Assembly (NCBI GenBank): GCA_012026655.1
Contig: JAAILG010001531.1
Location: 1 to 64,000, forward strand
DNA from: Hydrolagus affinis
Taxonomy: Eukaryota
Reading direction: 5' to 3'
Length of the DNA: 64,000 nt
A model generated the notes under the pieces. It did not search any database. It saw only the letters and a list, made by a program, of their open reading frames with translations, and had not been told where the DNA came from. The translations under genes were made by a program, and so were the position numbers. Numbering within the stretch: the stretch's first letter is position 1; every line of letters starts with the position of its first letter. Positions 24,701 through 39,700 of the stretch are shown piece after piece.

Positions 24701-27700
24701 ACATGTTCTGGATGTGATTTAACAAATCAAACCGATCTAAGAGAGTAGAGTAGTAGAGATCTTTTATTCATTTTTCCTTCCCTTATTATAGGTTGTGAAT
24801 TCCCTGCAGCAACAGCAGCAGCAGCCACCCACAGTACCTGAAACTCATGCACTGAACACAGTGGCACCCTCAGACCCTTTGGTCAGGAGGCAAAGAGTAC
24901 AAGATCTTATGGCACAAATGCAAGGGACCTTCAACTTTATGCAGGTAGGCAAAATTTGGACTTAAACTTAATCCAAGGGGTTAAAGTATACAATGCCGGT
25001 GATCAATCAGTATCTCAATTTAATGCTCTGAATATTTTCCTTTGTGCTGCAGAAGATGAATTTTGTTTCACTGCAAGCCAACTAACATTAGTAACTCAGC
25101 ACCAATCACAACATACTATTTTCCTTAGCCTACTTCACTTGAAATGGAAATCATTCAGCTTCTCAGATAGTTCATTGTGAAATTGCACTGCTTATAGTAC
25201 TAGATCATACAAAGCAAGATGTCTGTCTCAGGTATTGCCCCTGATATTGATACTCAGCTAGGTAACAGGAATAGGTGGGACAAAATATCATTCTTGTTAC
25301 TCCCGCTGTGTGAATATCAAGAGGGGATGGGATCTGCTTATTCTGATAGTTCTTAATATCAAATTGTCAATTGGTGCTTGATAATTCAAGATCGCAAGTA
25401 TCCTTGGTAAGATCAATTGAGAACGGGTGGGTTTCTATCAAATTGTTAATTCTAGGAATTTTTCAAAATGAAGTGCTGAGTTAATTCTAAATATTTTGTG
25501 TTTTATTTGGAAACCTTATTTTAAGAAATAATCCTTTATGCCAGGATTAAATAATTGCATATTCTGCGCATCACTCTTAACTGTTTAGTTTCCCAATTTG
25601 CAGAGCTGGGTTATTGGGGATGGACACGAAGTTTATAATTTTCAACCAACTTTCCTATTATTTGAAGTTAGATTATAATCATGATCTTCTACAGTGCTTA
25701 CCTTGGAAAGACTTGGAAGACTCCCACAGCAACAGCTGATGAAAACCCTCAATAATTTCTTAATGGCGCTTTACATTGTCGAAAGTTATTGAATATTTTC
25801 ACTTGATGGCTCACTTTTCTCTGTTACTTGCTCTGTTTTCTCCAGTTCATCTTTGCTTTCATATGTTCTGAGGTATTCTACCTCAGCATCAATAAGCTAA
25901 ATAAGCATCAATATACTTAGGGTTCCTTGATTCAATCACGGCAGGTTCCAAGAGCACTGAGTATTAGAATATGACACCTTCTCAGTCGAGTTTCGATGCT
26001 GTATTGCATGTGATTTTATTCTCCACTTTAAAACATAAAGATTAATTAAGAGTCAATATAACTTGACTATCTCAAAAGGCATCACGTGATCTTTTATCAC
26101 ATTCTAAGCAACACTGGATGTCTGTGGGGCATTCAGCTTCATGCTGGCATTGGATCCTTTATGAATTGTGAATGATGGTCAAATTATTTGCCTTTCCTGT
26201 TTTGGGATTTTTCTCCCTGTACCTCACTCCAGTGGTTCTTTATTCTATTGGTTTGAAATGAATGAATATACAGGTAAACCCCGCTTAACATCGTAGTTTG
26301 GTTCTTGAAAAGTGCGACTTTAAGCGAAACAACGTTAAGCTAATGCATGTTTCCCATAAGAATGAATGTAAAAACTGGAATTAGGTTCCTTTGGATATTT
26401 TTCGTAAAAAATTTCTTTTTAAAAAATAACAACCCCTATTATACTTGCTACCTGACTGCCTGCCCGGCTTACTCACTCGCTCCCTAACTGCCTGTCCAGC
26501 TCGCTCACTCGCTGTTGGTCTCACTCACTGCCGGCTGGTCTCACTCGCTCTCACTGCCGGTCTGGCTCAGTCCCAGGTCCTGGCGCCGTCGTGCCCCCTT
26601 TCCACTTGCTGGCGAATGATGTAATAGCGAACGTTGCAACGTTAAATGAATATATGTTCCCAATGTATCAGCAACGTAATAACGAAAGAACGTTAACAGA
26701 GGCAACGTTAAATGGGGTCTACCTGTATATGAGAAAGAGAGAGAAATAGACGGCTTTGGAGAGGGGTGTATAAACACTGGAATGGACTAGTTTGACTGAA
26801 TGATCTGTTTCCGTATTTTATCATTCAATTAATGTTTGATTTGGAAATCTATATGATGCATTTTGCTGAGCTTTTAGTTAAGTCCTGTCTGACTGGTTAT
26901 GAGAAGGTTCTATCTTTCCAATCTCTTGGAGTTCTGGTGGATTCCATTAAAACAGTCTTTGAGACAATATGTTAGCTAAGATTTTGTGCATGTAAAAATG
27001 CTTCTGCTCCATAATAGTGGGCAGCTGGCTGAGCAGTTCAGAGCAGACATGTTGATTTATTGCTGAGGATTGCACTCTTAATGTATCTTGTGTATAAAGT
27101 TAAATGAAAACTCAAGGTCCAAAGCAGATATTGGAATTAATTTATGATACTGAACCTTGGACTGCCCTAATGCTACTGTTGCGCAGTTGCCATAGTGTTG
27201 TACACCTTTATGCATATAAACAATTTATGTGCTTATCACATAATACTGTGGAGAAATTTAAGTGAAAAGCTATGAAAATTGACTGGGTAAAACAAAACCC
27301 TAGATTACAAGGCCCACTCTGATTTTAGTTGAATTTGTGACTTAGATTTCAGTAAATACAATGCATTATGCACTATAAACAAATGTACACAACGGCAACA
27401 AAATTACATTTGTATAGCTCCTTTCACGTCAGGAGGACATCCCAAGGCGCTAAAATGTATAACAAAAAAGGGAGGACCTTTATACTTATTGCATTTGATT
27501 ATCTTAATCTGTAATTATGATAGGATTTTCATGTGAATATTTTAGATATTTAGATTTTTCAGATATTTTATTTGAATATGTGTGTACTTTTTCAATAGGA
27601 TTCCATGCTTGAATTTGAGAGTCAGACAATGGACCCTGCTATTGTTTCAGCGCAGCCCATGAATGCTCCCCAGACCATGGAAATGCCCCAATTGGTCTGC

Positions 27701-30700
27701 ACACCAGGTGGGTAATGAGAGGTGGCGTTTAGGCAGGGTGTCAGAAAGTTGAAGAAAATATCATCATACTATTTTAAACCTGTGGAGCTATTTTCAGTCA
27801 TTAAATGGATAAACTATCTTATTGGGAAGCTCTAGTTCTCCTTAACATTTGTGTTGAGGTGTGGGAAGTGAACATTGTGGAATATAATATTATTGTGGAA
27901 TACTTTCCATAATCTATGTGGGCTTTTAAAAATAAAATGTGCTCACGCTAAGAGTGTTGCATCTTAACTTCTATCAGTGTTTGTTTCCTCCTTAATTTTA
28001 TTTGTAATATTTCTTTCCTTTCTCTTCTCTTTAGTGCACACTGAGACCAGACATGCCCAGTCCAACGCGGTCTCTGTTCCATCAGAAGTTACGCAGGTTG
28101 GTTAATTTGAGGCCTCATTAAATACTCCACTTTGCTTGAAATGTGGAGACAGAAGTTCACCGTTTCCTGCAAGAGCTTGAGTTGTGGATGCCTTCCATTG
28201 CTGTTGCCTTCACTTGGAGTTCTTGATTGTTTGATTGCCAGCAATTTGTGATGAAATATGTGGGCATTTGCCCTTCTAAATGTTGGCTCATGGGTGACAT
28301 GTTGAGGACTGGATTGGGTAGGAGACCACAGTTTATCCCTCCAGTGGACCAGAGGCTCCTGCAACAAGATAGGGCAGGAGGGCGCAGTGCAGCCCTCTGG
28401 TAGAGCAGAGGCCTCTGCTCATGCACCTAATTGCTACCAAGTGCCAGCACTAGTCATATCACGGCCTCCCGCCCTAGCCTGTGATTAGTATGGGAGCTAT
28501 TTTTGGGGGGCTAGAGTGAGCAGCTTTGTATTTAACTGTTTAACCACTCCTGAGGCAAGTAATTTCTGATATTTAAAAATCTGAATAATCTTCCATTAAC
28601 TGGCACTGATGTTTCTCAATGAAATTAGAAAATTCCAGCAGGAACATGTGAAGCTTGTTTTGTGCTTTAAGTGATTCTGAAGAAGATTGTATTTCAAAAA
28701 ACTAAACCAGCATTGTTACTTTAGCAATTCAAAGCAACTCACTGGAATTTTTCTTTGCAAATTTTAGCCACACTTTTGGTGTACTGGCATATTTGTTGAA
28801 CAGTTTATGGTTCTAAATCTTGGGATCTGTCCAGATTTAAAGCTGGGATGTCATTGCTGAAAACTTTCCATTACATCTGATTTGTTTTTAATCATAAGTC
28901 CATTGCATTTCATATCCGTTTCCAAGTGATGTATTGAGATTCTGCAGGAATATTCAAAGTTTAGAAAATCTACAGCTTGTTTTATATTCTAATTTTCAAA
29001 CTTGACCTAATTTTTCTAAATCAGCTGAAGAAAGGTTTGCCGTAAATCAGCTAAACGGTTGGGTACATGCAAGTGTAGTGATCCATTGTGGCTACACAGG
29101 GTAAAGGCAGATCCGGTGTATTTTCTCCATCTGAAGTTGTTCACACCTCATTTTTCACTTTTTTCCTTTCCCATCATTAAGGTACCTTTGGTATCTTCCA
29201 CAACCGAATCATACACACCATCTCAGCCCATGTACCAGCCTTCCCACGTGTCAGAGCAGCGAACCCAGAAAGAATCTATGGACTCGATTCAGGTAACCAA
29301 CATGAATTTCTCAAAGTTGAACCAAAAAGAGCTAGATTGCCTCCTTTGCTCAGTTTTAATTTCAAGATGTGCCATTTGCTGTACGAGATTGCAAGCAAGA
29401 ATAGGATTGTTTAGCTCCAAATGCTATCCACAATGGGAGCCTGCTTTTTTTTCTTCTCCCTTTCCCTTTCTGCTCCTCTCCCCCCCTCCTCAAGCTATGA
29501 CTATAGCTCAGAGAAGTAACCTGACAAATTTATCTTGTCGTGCATTTACTTACAACTGCATCCTGTTCTGGGAATAGCCAGGTTACCTTGTCACAAAAGC
29601 CTCTTGCCAACTTAACTGCTTCCCATTCTAAAAAGCTGATTTTCAATATATCCCTTAAGGCTATTGCCAAGTTTTATGGACTTTTTAGTAGTGAGTTTGC
29701 AAGGCTTTGTTTATGTTGTATTAAGTCGCAACTTCTATACTTTCCAGGTTACAATGTCACTGGCGGCGGCTGAACAGCCCCCAACCTCCACAGCAATTCC
29801 TGTTGCTTCCCAGTCGCAAGCTTTTCAAGCTCCTCCCAGCAAACCCCTCCACAGCAGTGGTATAAATGTGAATGCTGCTCCATTCCAGTCAATGCAAACG
29901 GTAAGGTGATGGTGTCATAACAATTCAAGAATATACTAGCTGCTGATGGACTTTGTTTTCTTTTTACCAACTTTTCGTCAAACCCAGCAACTATTAAGAC
30001 ACGATTGTCGAATTTGATTGTGTGGCTGTAGTTGTACATCACAGCATGTCAATAACCAGATTGAGGTTCTTTTCTCCTGTATTCATCCAGAATGTAACTG
30101 CACAGTAAGTACAGTCGTAGCATTTTAAAATAATTTCAACTGAGGTTAAAGATCTTAAAATTTACGGCCTTATATGGCAGTGCATTCCTCCCTCGATAAG
30201 TAAGCAAAACTCCCATAAGATGAATAAAGAGACTATATATTAGTAGGGTAGGGTTATTCGTTTAAAACTGTCCAGCAGTTAGTGTTGTGACTTAATAAGT
30301 GAGCACAGCAGCTAATCTGACCAGCCACTTCCCACAGATTAAAACAACTAATTTATTTTGGATGTGTTTAAATTGTAGTTGTTTTCCAACTTTACATTTT
30401 GAATTAGAGTGACCAATTCTGAATTCACATTCTAATTCACATATTTTCTAAAAGCTTTACTACAATATTTGTTTATTGCCACTTTGTCATACAGAACAAC
30501 TAAAATATAAATGCCTGGAGTTATTTTTCAAATTCTGTAATTATTTCTTTTTTCCTCATTTCTAATTGCAGGTGTTTAACATGAATGCACCGGTGCCTCC
30601 GGCCAGTGATCCCGAAGCTCTCAAGCAGCAAAGTCCATATCAGGCCAGCTACACCCAAGGTTTCAGCAGCCAGCCTCAGCACCAAGTGGAACAGTCTGAA

Positions 30701-33700
30701 CTACAGCAGGAGTCCCTCACAACTGGTAAGCGGTTCATCTAAATACTTAACCATTTCAGATGAATCTTAACATATAGCCAACTGTCTACTTACTCATTGG
30801 CAATCAATGCAGTTAATTCTGTGAAGCACTTGAGACATTTTGACAAATGCACTATATTAAATGCAAGGATATTATCCACATTGCTCACATTCTTGCGAGT
30901 TTGCATTTTAATTGGAACTTTGGCTTCTTCGTGCCTATTTGCAAAAGTGTCATTTTGTTCCCATTAATAAGCTTTGTGTTTCGGTGAAAAAATTAAAAAT
31001 GTGGGAGGATGATTATTAATATCAGTTGTCAAGCATTCTGCTAAGAAGGTGAAGGGTGTAAGTGGGCAAACTTTACATGATACCAATGTTTGCTTTGTTT
31101 ACATTTGTCCAGTAGTGAGTCCTTACCATACATCTCAAGACCAAACGCACCCTGCGGCAGGTGCTCACCAGCAGTTATCCCAGCAAATCCAGCAGAATGC
31201 TGGCTTCCAACGCACAGGCCAGGCCTTCTACAACAGCAGGGGGGTGTCTCGTGGTGGGCCACGTAGCTCACGTGGAGCTATAAATGGCTATCGGGGACCT
31301 ACCAATGGATTCAGAGGTAGGAGACAGTTTCTTCTTTCCCTCCCTCAAGAGAGAATGTTGTATACTTGTAACTGGCTGTTAATATTGAAACTTGTACAGG
31401 TTTTCTCTTTTGAGTGTAAGGAAATTGTGATTTTATTAATTGAATACTCTGATCTAGAAGAAGGGGACTTAATAAGTGTTAACTGGAGCCTTGATGAGGT
31501 TTTCCCCCAACAGCTTCATTGATAATAGCATTGCTTGATGTAATTCTAAGCAAAAATAAGAAGGCTTGCAGGTTGTAGCGGATACCCTTCGACTGAGGAA
31601 CTCATCAGGGGCATCACCTATAAGATTGGCCTCAGTACCCTGAACCTAGGGAGCATAAACGTAAGCCTGAATTTCTTTTATTTGGGAACAATAAAGCGAC
31701 TGGAGTTTGAGGAGTATGAACGGATTTAGTTGAGATGCTCTCTAAGGTTAAACAGCTGCTTACTGCCTTTGCTTACAAATGAATGATATTATAGAGCTGC
31801 CAGTGACCATCACAAGGCAGCTTCCCCCATTCCTCTACCCTCAGATTCGAGCTGGAGCTGGTGCCTTAAGTAAAAAAGGTTGACTACAAAAGGAAATTTT
31901 GGGTCGCTTTAATTACTGATTAAAAATGAATCCAGTCATTTGCAACTAAACCGTAACTGCTTTGGTTTAATTACATTTACTACAGATTTTACATTTCAAG
32001 TCTGGTAATTAATCATTTTACCTCTGAGTATTTTAATTAAAGATATGAATCTAGCTTCTTATCTTAAAATTACCGAACAACACAATTCACATCAAAACTC
32101 ACAACTTTCCTAACTTGATGTATGATTTCCAGGTGGATACGACAGCTACCGCCCTCCATTTTCAAACACTCCAAACAGTGGCTACGGACAGTCTCCGTTT
32201 TCTTCGGCTCGTGACTACTCCAACTCTAGCTACCAACGTGTAAGTAGACTTCAGCTCACTTTGTCCATGCACATTCCTAAGCACGAAGCTATTGGCTAGA
32301 AAATTCAGTATATTTGGATGCTAGATTATAAAGATGAAAGGAGAGGAGAACATCATTATTTTCTGACATTCAGTAATCCATCAACCTTTCCTACATTGAC
32401 GGCTCTCTTGTGGGAATTATAGATGTATGTGATATTTATAACCTCTCATCACAAATCACTTCTAATGCAGGCAGGAAGTGCAGCTAAAAAATAAAAATTT
32501 AGCCTACAAAGGATATGCATCTGATTCTCTTAATTTTATTAAAGGCACTGAATGTTCTATGTTATCTTCCATGCCATTTAATAATTAATAAGAGATTAGT
32601 TCAATGCATGATACAGGGATGAAAAAGAACATCCCAATAAGAATGTCCGAATATCCGGTCTTATCACGCCACAAACAGGACAGGACATTCTACCTCTCTG
32701 GGTCTATCTGTTTTGGAAATATTCAATTAAGACTTTTGAATCCACAACTGAAAATCTACATGGAAGGTGATGTAGAGTTCTAACATCAAGAATCTTTCAA
32801 TCCTTTTAGTCTCCTCGCCCCTTGTTGAAATGGGATCATCCAGATCCTTGGAGAGAATGTGCCCAGGAAACATCCAGAGGAATAAATAGTCTTGAAACCA
32901 AATTCTAGCTTTCATGTATTGCCTTGTTTGCACTAACCCTGCAATACGTTGTCTGTAAATTTGGTTGACGAATCAACAGAATGTTTCTACTTTGGTAATA
33001 ATAGACTGTTGTTTCACTTCCAACACAAGTACAATTCTGGAGTTTAGTTAAGGTTGGTTTTCTTTAAGTGCAGGTTGAATTGTATACTAGTGTCTTGATT
33101 GAAGTTTGGACAAACAGTTTGCATGTACATGGAATCTGGCAGATTCTTTTGTTGGTTCATTTGTTGATCCAAAGTTTTTTTTAAAACGAGGTGTTGTTTC
33201 TGTAGGACGGATACCAACCAAACTTCAAACGTGGCTCTGGACCTGGCGGACCTCGGGGCACCCCTCGAGGTAATGCTCAAGTGATGCGTTCGTAATGAAG
33301 GACTGGAGAAACTGAAATATTGGGCAGTGCTTAACTTTGTTTCACAGCCACAACGCTGCTCCATTCTAGAGGGAGTTGACGAAATAAACTTTTACTCTTA
33401 AAAGTAGGCCACCACATAAACTCGATTCAAATGTCCCACCCAGAACATTTTTGTTGAAGCTTTATTCTTTGTTTTTACTCTGTCAGCTTCGAACAAAAAA
33501 ATAACCCTGCTTTATAATAACCACATTCAATTCTTAACCTGAGCAGAAACTGTTTCTGGTAGTTCTTGCATCAGCATAGAGAGAAAAAGAGAGGGAGAGA
33601 TGATGCCTGTGTTAAGAGAGCAAATGGTATGTCAGTTTTGTTCCTGAAAACTTGAAAATTCCTTAATTTATTTTTTGTAAAAAAAAAGAATATTTCTTAC

Positions 33701-36700
33701 CATCTTTATGCTGCCACTTCTTGTCCCTTTCTGGGAGTATTTTGATAAATTTCATTTGCGGTTGTTTGATTCACTGGTTTTTAAAATGAGGCTGTATTTC
33801 TTTTTCTTCTCTGCCTTTTAGAGCTCCCGAGAAGTCTGAGTTTGTAAATTGATGTTGCTGCATCAGAGAAAGTTTCAATAAAGATGTGTTGCACACTTGC
33901 AGCTTGTCGCTGATTTCTTTTTGTCTGTTTGTTCTTGTGGAGTCTGTCTTTCCTCTTCTTGTCTGTTTCCCGTTTGCTCACTCTGGCTTGGTGGGGAAAT
34001 TGGCTGCATTTTCAGCAATGAGCAGTGTGTGTTTTTTTTAAGTGAGAAGGCAGTAGCCTCAAGGTTACAGAGCGGGCTCAGCTCTTCACTGCATGCTACC
34101 AACAGCCACCAACCTGTGCAGAATTGTAATTCTACACGATTGGAAGGTTGTGTAGGATTTTTCATTCAGTGCTTTGAGGTGTGAGCATTATTTTATTTCT
34201 GTATTATGGAAGGGAAAGGCTAGATGATTGGAAACCAGTTTATAAATAGAGTCCAGTTTAATAATGCATTGGATATGTTATCGCATTGATTTGTGGATAT
34301 GCTGGATGGAGATGGAATTATTTTCTTCTCTATCCCTCCCCAATTATCAGTGGTGACATCCACAAATCTGGGTCCAAGGCAACAGATTTATGGATTGCAG
34401 CCTGTTAGCAGGATATTGCATTTTAAACTAAACAGAGTAGTTAGTTTCCTACTAATCTGCAGTCGATCGCCAGCAATTGATGTTAAATGCTGTGTTTATA
34501 ACCAGACTTCATGGCTACCATCAACCTGTACCAAATTAAAATGGGGGAGGGGAGGGGGTGGGGTGGTAGGGGTGTTGGTCGTCTGGTACATTTAAGGACA
34601 ATAATTAAGGAAGGTAAATGCTGAATCTTTCATAAAATAACTATTGCCAAATCACTTTGGTCGTCTGTGGCTCAATACTTAATTTTCATGATAACTCAGC
34701 AATTATAGGGTTCATCCCAATCCAAAGCTTGAAATAGCAGCACTATTGGGATTTTCATTAATTGTTAATACCTGGGAAGCAAGGGAAATTTGCAGATGTT
34801 ATAAAAATTTCTGAATAGTACTGTTAATTAACCATCTACTGTAATTGAAAGTAGGTGTCAACTCCACTTCTGAAGGAATCCCAAAATCCCTTCACCCAAA
34901 ATGTAATCTGTATAAAACAGATTTTAAAGGGTGACAGTGATCGGTCAATAATTGCCATATATTCTGGGAAATTTAGAATATTCTCAGATCCCTCTATCAC
35001 GGATATTTAGCATAAGGTGCAGTAAAAGTGGAGTGAGCAGAACATTTCCCAACTTTACGTTGATCACAATTTTTTTTGGAGTGTGGTTCGTTGAACACTA
35101 AAAGGGAGGGGAAAAAATTGGGTAGGGAATTACATTTTTGCTAAATTAATTGCAAAATAAATATTTTTTCTGGATGTATTATGATTGGTGAAAATCACTG
35201 TTAGCATATTGGCCCCAACCATGAATGCCCACTACCTACCTGTGGGCAGGTGTTGTAAAGATAAGGACTGTTGGTAGAAATTAATCTTCTGAGTTTTCTT
35301 AATAGAACTGTACAAAGTTCTCACAAAACTTGATGCGTGTCTATTACAGTCCTTTTTGAGCCCATGATTTAGTTCTCCCCTACCATTTAAATCCTGTTTT
35401 GGTTAGAGTAGGTTTTCTAGGTTTGAGTACAAGTGGTACGGTTATGAAGTTGTAACAGGTTGGAGCAAAAATGTTGCAGGATTTAATTTTCAATGTACAA
35501 GTCTGCTGAACAAGTTAAAAGTTATTGTTGTCTTCACCACCTGTGAAGGTTTGAAAATTATATGATTGTTATACTGAAGGTCTGAAGCAGGGAGTGTTGA
35601 TCTTTCAAACACGGATGAGATAGTTTTCTTTTAGGAAATAACTTATGGGATATAGCACATAGGTAGTTTGGAATATATGTGCCTGCAACTGCCAGGAAGG
35701 TGGAAGATGAACTAGATGGAACTTGTTTTTTTGTCTCTCATTTCTTATGTGCCTATGAGTCAGTAGCTAATGGTTGGGAAGTTTGAAAATACAGGTTAAT
35801 TTTGTTGTTATTGGGGTTCTCCCAATCTTCACAGTTACAGGAAATGCAGCTAATTTTTCTCAGTCTGACTGACTTGCATATTTGTGTGCTAACACTTGGG
35901 TTTTGCTGTGGCTTCCTTTGTCTTTATGGGATACACAACATAACTATATTCTCAATCTGCCCTATTGCACGCTCTTTAGTTTTTTTCTCTCAGGCAGCAT
36001 AGCTCAACGAGAGTTCACTGATGTAGAATTGCTCCCTGAAAAAAGCAGGATTCTTAATTTCAAATTCAAGATACTTTTCCATTTGCTAAGTTATTAATAC
36101 AATAGTCCCATGTCCTCATCTATTCTCTCTCCTCCCTCTCTCTGCCCCCCCCCCCCACCCCACCCCCACAGCCCAGTTATCGTGAAGAACAGCTTTGTGT
36201 TTAAATAGTTGGCTTCATTGGGTAGGATGTCCTAAGGTGTTTTCATAAACTACTCTTAATGGAGGTAATTTGGATGCAGAATCGCTAATAGTGTTTCCTG
36301 ATCTGGGATTGATTGTGAATATTCCAGATTTCACACATATAATGTTGTTTGCGCACTTCCAATTACAGTATTGGATGACTCTACAAAGAGAAATTAATAC
36401 CACTCAGAATGTTTTCATATTCAAGTGTTTAATACAGTTCTGAAATACATTAACCAAGTTGTTAATTAAACTTGCTGATTTTACAGAATCTGAGAAAATC
36501 TGGATGATAAATATATAATTCTCAAACAGATGTGTTTTGTAATCTAATTATCATGAGTGCTCAATTGGTGACATTACTTTGTACTTTCTCACCATTCATA
36601 TATGGTTAAAAGAATTGAGCCTTTACAAACTGACCTGATTGGGACGTTTGTTTTGCGCTTTGTCAGTAAACTTAAGGCCAACGTGTAGGGATGCTAATGG

Positions 36701-39700
36701 ATCTGTAAATCACTGCAGCATTGACTCATTTCAAGGATAAACTACCATTAGCTAGCTCCTGATGCAATGAGAGATCGAACCTTGTACATTAACTAAATTG
36801 ATGTCCCTGCTTTTACATGGTAAATTCACTGCCAAATGTGGTGCAGTATCTTGAGTAAAAAGTATTAACCATGGCTCACTGTTTGGTTGGCACAATGACA
36901 TTAGCAAATGGCTCTTAATATTAATAACTTGGATCTTTTGGAATAAATGCTCATGTCGCTGCGAGGAAAAGGACTTTTCTTTGTTTGTGTATGGATTTAG
37001 TTTGGTTTTCATCCTTTTGTGTAACTTGGTGCTCTCTAACTAACTCAAATTCAAATATGTGCTTGTCCATATTTTTGCTTACTTTGTGGATCATAATGTA
37101 ATCTGGGGAGTGGCCAGTACTGTTTCTTGGCAGTAAGCTCTGCTTAAATAAAAGCTGCACCATCATTGAACTTTCATTGGGAGTTTAAAGCAACATTGTA
37201 CAAAAGTAGACTTGGCCTTTAATGTGCGTGCAGCAAGGTGGAAGTGAAAGTACTGTCTATAACTTGACCTGGAGATGTTTTGTGCTATGAACGACAACTC
37301 TAATGTTCCTTAAAGATTATGTTCATTGTGATGCTGATATCTAGAGTACAGTACATTGTTAGTGAAGTCTTTAAACTGAATGAGTCTGTTTTACATTGGG
37401 TATTTGGGATTTATGTAACTGTTCTAAAGTGTGGTTGTTGAATTGGTTGAGCATTGTGTACACAATGACCCATTAGGTCATGGATGAGTCATGTTTTTTT
37501 TAAATGCCGTTTTTCTGGAATCACTGGGAGTTCAGTAGCTCAGTGGTTAAGAGCATTTGCCTCACAAGTGAGAGGACCTGGGTTCGATTCCTTGGTAGGG
37601 TGAAACGTAGGGTAAGTTTCCTTGCTCTGAATGCCTCTGTTGACTGAGCAGAAGTAGGAAACCAGTTGTTGGTCGATTGGTAGATTGCTTTTCAGGGGGT
37701 TATTAATCCCATCAAAAATAAATAATAATAGTAAGATTTGGTCACTCAATTCATGACCGTTTGTGGGACACTGCTGTGTGTAAATTGGCTGCTAAATTTC
37801 ATCCACAAACTATAGTCAATTCTCTTTACAGTACATTCTGTGATGCACTTTATTATAGCGTGATAAGGCGCTATATCAAATGCAAGGATTATTATTAATT
37901 TATTGGATTGATTTTAATAATCCTGGAAGTGTAGTTTTGGAACCTCCTGAACTGAATTGATTATAATTTCTTAATGTTTCCACATTAATGGTATTATCTT
38001 CTGTATTGTTGCACTACAAAAATAATTTAATTAATTATTAGATTGAGAGGTTGAGAGGAGACCTAATAGAGATTATTTATAAGATCATGAGGGGATTCGA
38101 CAGAGTGAATAAGGAAAAACTGTTTCCACTCGTGGTCACAGATTTAAAATAGTTTCAAAATGAAGCAGAGGAGAATTTTTTTTTGCTCAGTGGGTTGTTT
38201 GAATCTGGAATGCATTGCCTGAAAAGGTGGTGGAGGCCGATTCGATAACAGCTTTTAAAAGAGAATTAGATCTTTATTTAGGAAGAACAGATCTGTTAGA
38301 TTATGGAGAGAGAGCTGGGCAGTGGGATTGAGTTGCTCTTTTCAAAGAGCCGGTACAGACTAGATGGGCCGAATGGCCTCTTTTTGTGACGTAAAATTCT
38401 ATGATTCTATGAATTCTGCCCTGTCTTCTTTGGAGTGAATTGTAATGTGCAGTTGGAAGATCATATTCCTGGCCGCTTTCAGTTGTACATAGATGGAAGG
38501 AAGTATTGCAGGTAGCGAGAAAGGAGCCATATTTCTTTTAAACAAAGGAATGGTGTTTACTTGCCAGGAAAGAACTACCCTCGAAAGGCTGGTTCTGCAC
38601 ATTAATGTCACAACACACAAAGTGATTTGTGCACAGCTTTTGCAGCATTTTTGAAGTTGGAGCTTTTGAACATTTTCAGTTGACATCTTGGAAAGCTTGG
38701 AAATTACGCTTCGATATTGTAATATAGTTTAGCCACAATGAAAACATGGTTTCTAAGAGCAACACTTGTGACTTATTCACTCTGAGGTTTGCAGCGTTGC
38801 ACTTTCCTGCGCTGCAGATTTCCAACTTTGTTTTTGGCTGGTTAGGAAGCTGACACAACCGTAAACCTTCTGCTTGAAAATCCATCCAGTTCTGGTTTCT
38901 GAGAGCATGTTGAGAAGATGTTACCACTGAAGTTTTAGCATCTCCTCTTCCTTGTTTTGTGGTCCACTGCAGTAAGGATTTGAGGCGGAATGGATAACGG
39001 GAGTTGAGATACAGATCAGCTGTGATCTATTAGAATGGTGGAATAGACTTGGAAGGGCTGAATGACCTACTGCTGTTCTTCAGTTCCTACTTGTTTGGGG
39101 AGATCAGTTAATCCTATTCCAGTCTCTCCCCACCACCCTGTACCAGTGCAAAATAAACCCAATCTTCTGTGAATTAGAGTTGATCTCATCAATCTCCTGA
39201 CAATCTCATAGCACCACTGAAGCCACAACAGGACTTGAAATTAGCATAAATTTGATTTATTTTACTTCAAAACATTAAACTGTTGATGCTTTCACCAATT
39301 AGGGTTACGCTGGCCATGATCTGCAGAAAGAGTTATCCCAAAAGTTCCAACTTTAAAAATACTGCAAAAGCTGTGTTCACGCCCAATAGCGTATTCAGGG
39401 ACCTGCCTGATGTAACTTATTTGACAGCCTAAAATCTGCTTGGTGTCTGCACTCACTGTTTACGTTATCCTGATAGGAATCTTCTACTTCCCTGCACCAA
39501 GCAACCCCCAAACCGATTAGTTGTGAGCTTTCGTCAGCCATCCATTTGGAGTAAATAACTCAGCTATTTCCAGTTGATTAGTAGCTGAATTGCCCACAAC
39601 AGAAGTCTCTGTAACTGTAAAACAATTAGTTTACATGGTGATTTGGAGTCCTGATTTTTAATAATGTTGAGAATTTAAGCAATGGCTGCATAGTGTATGG

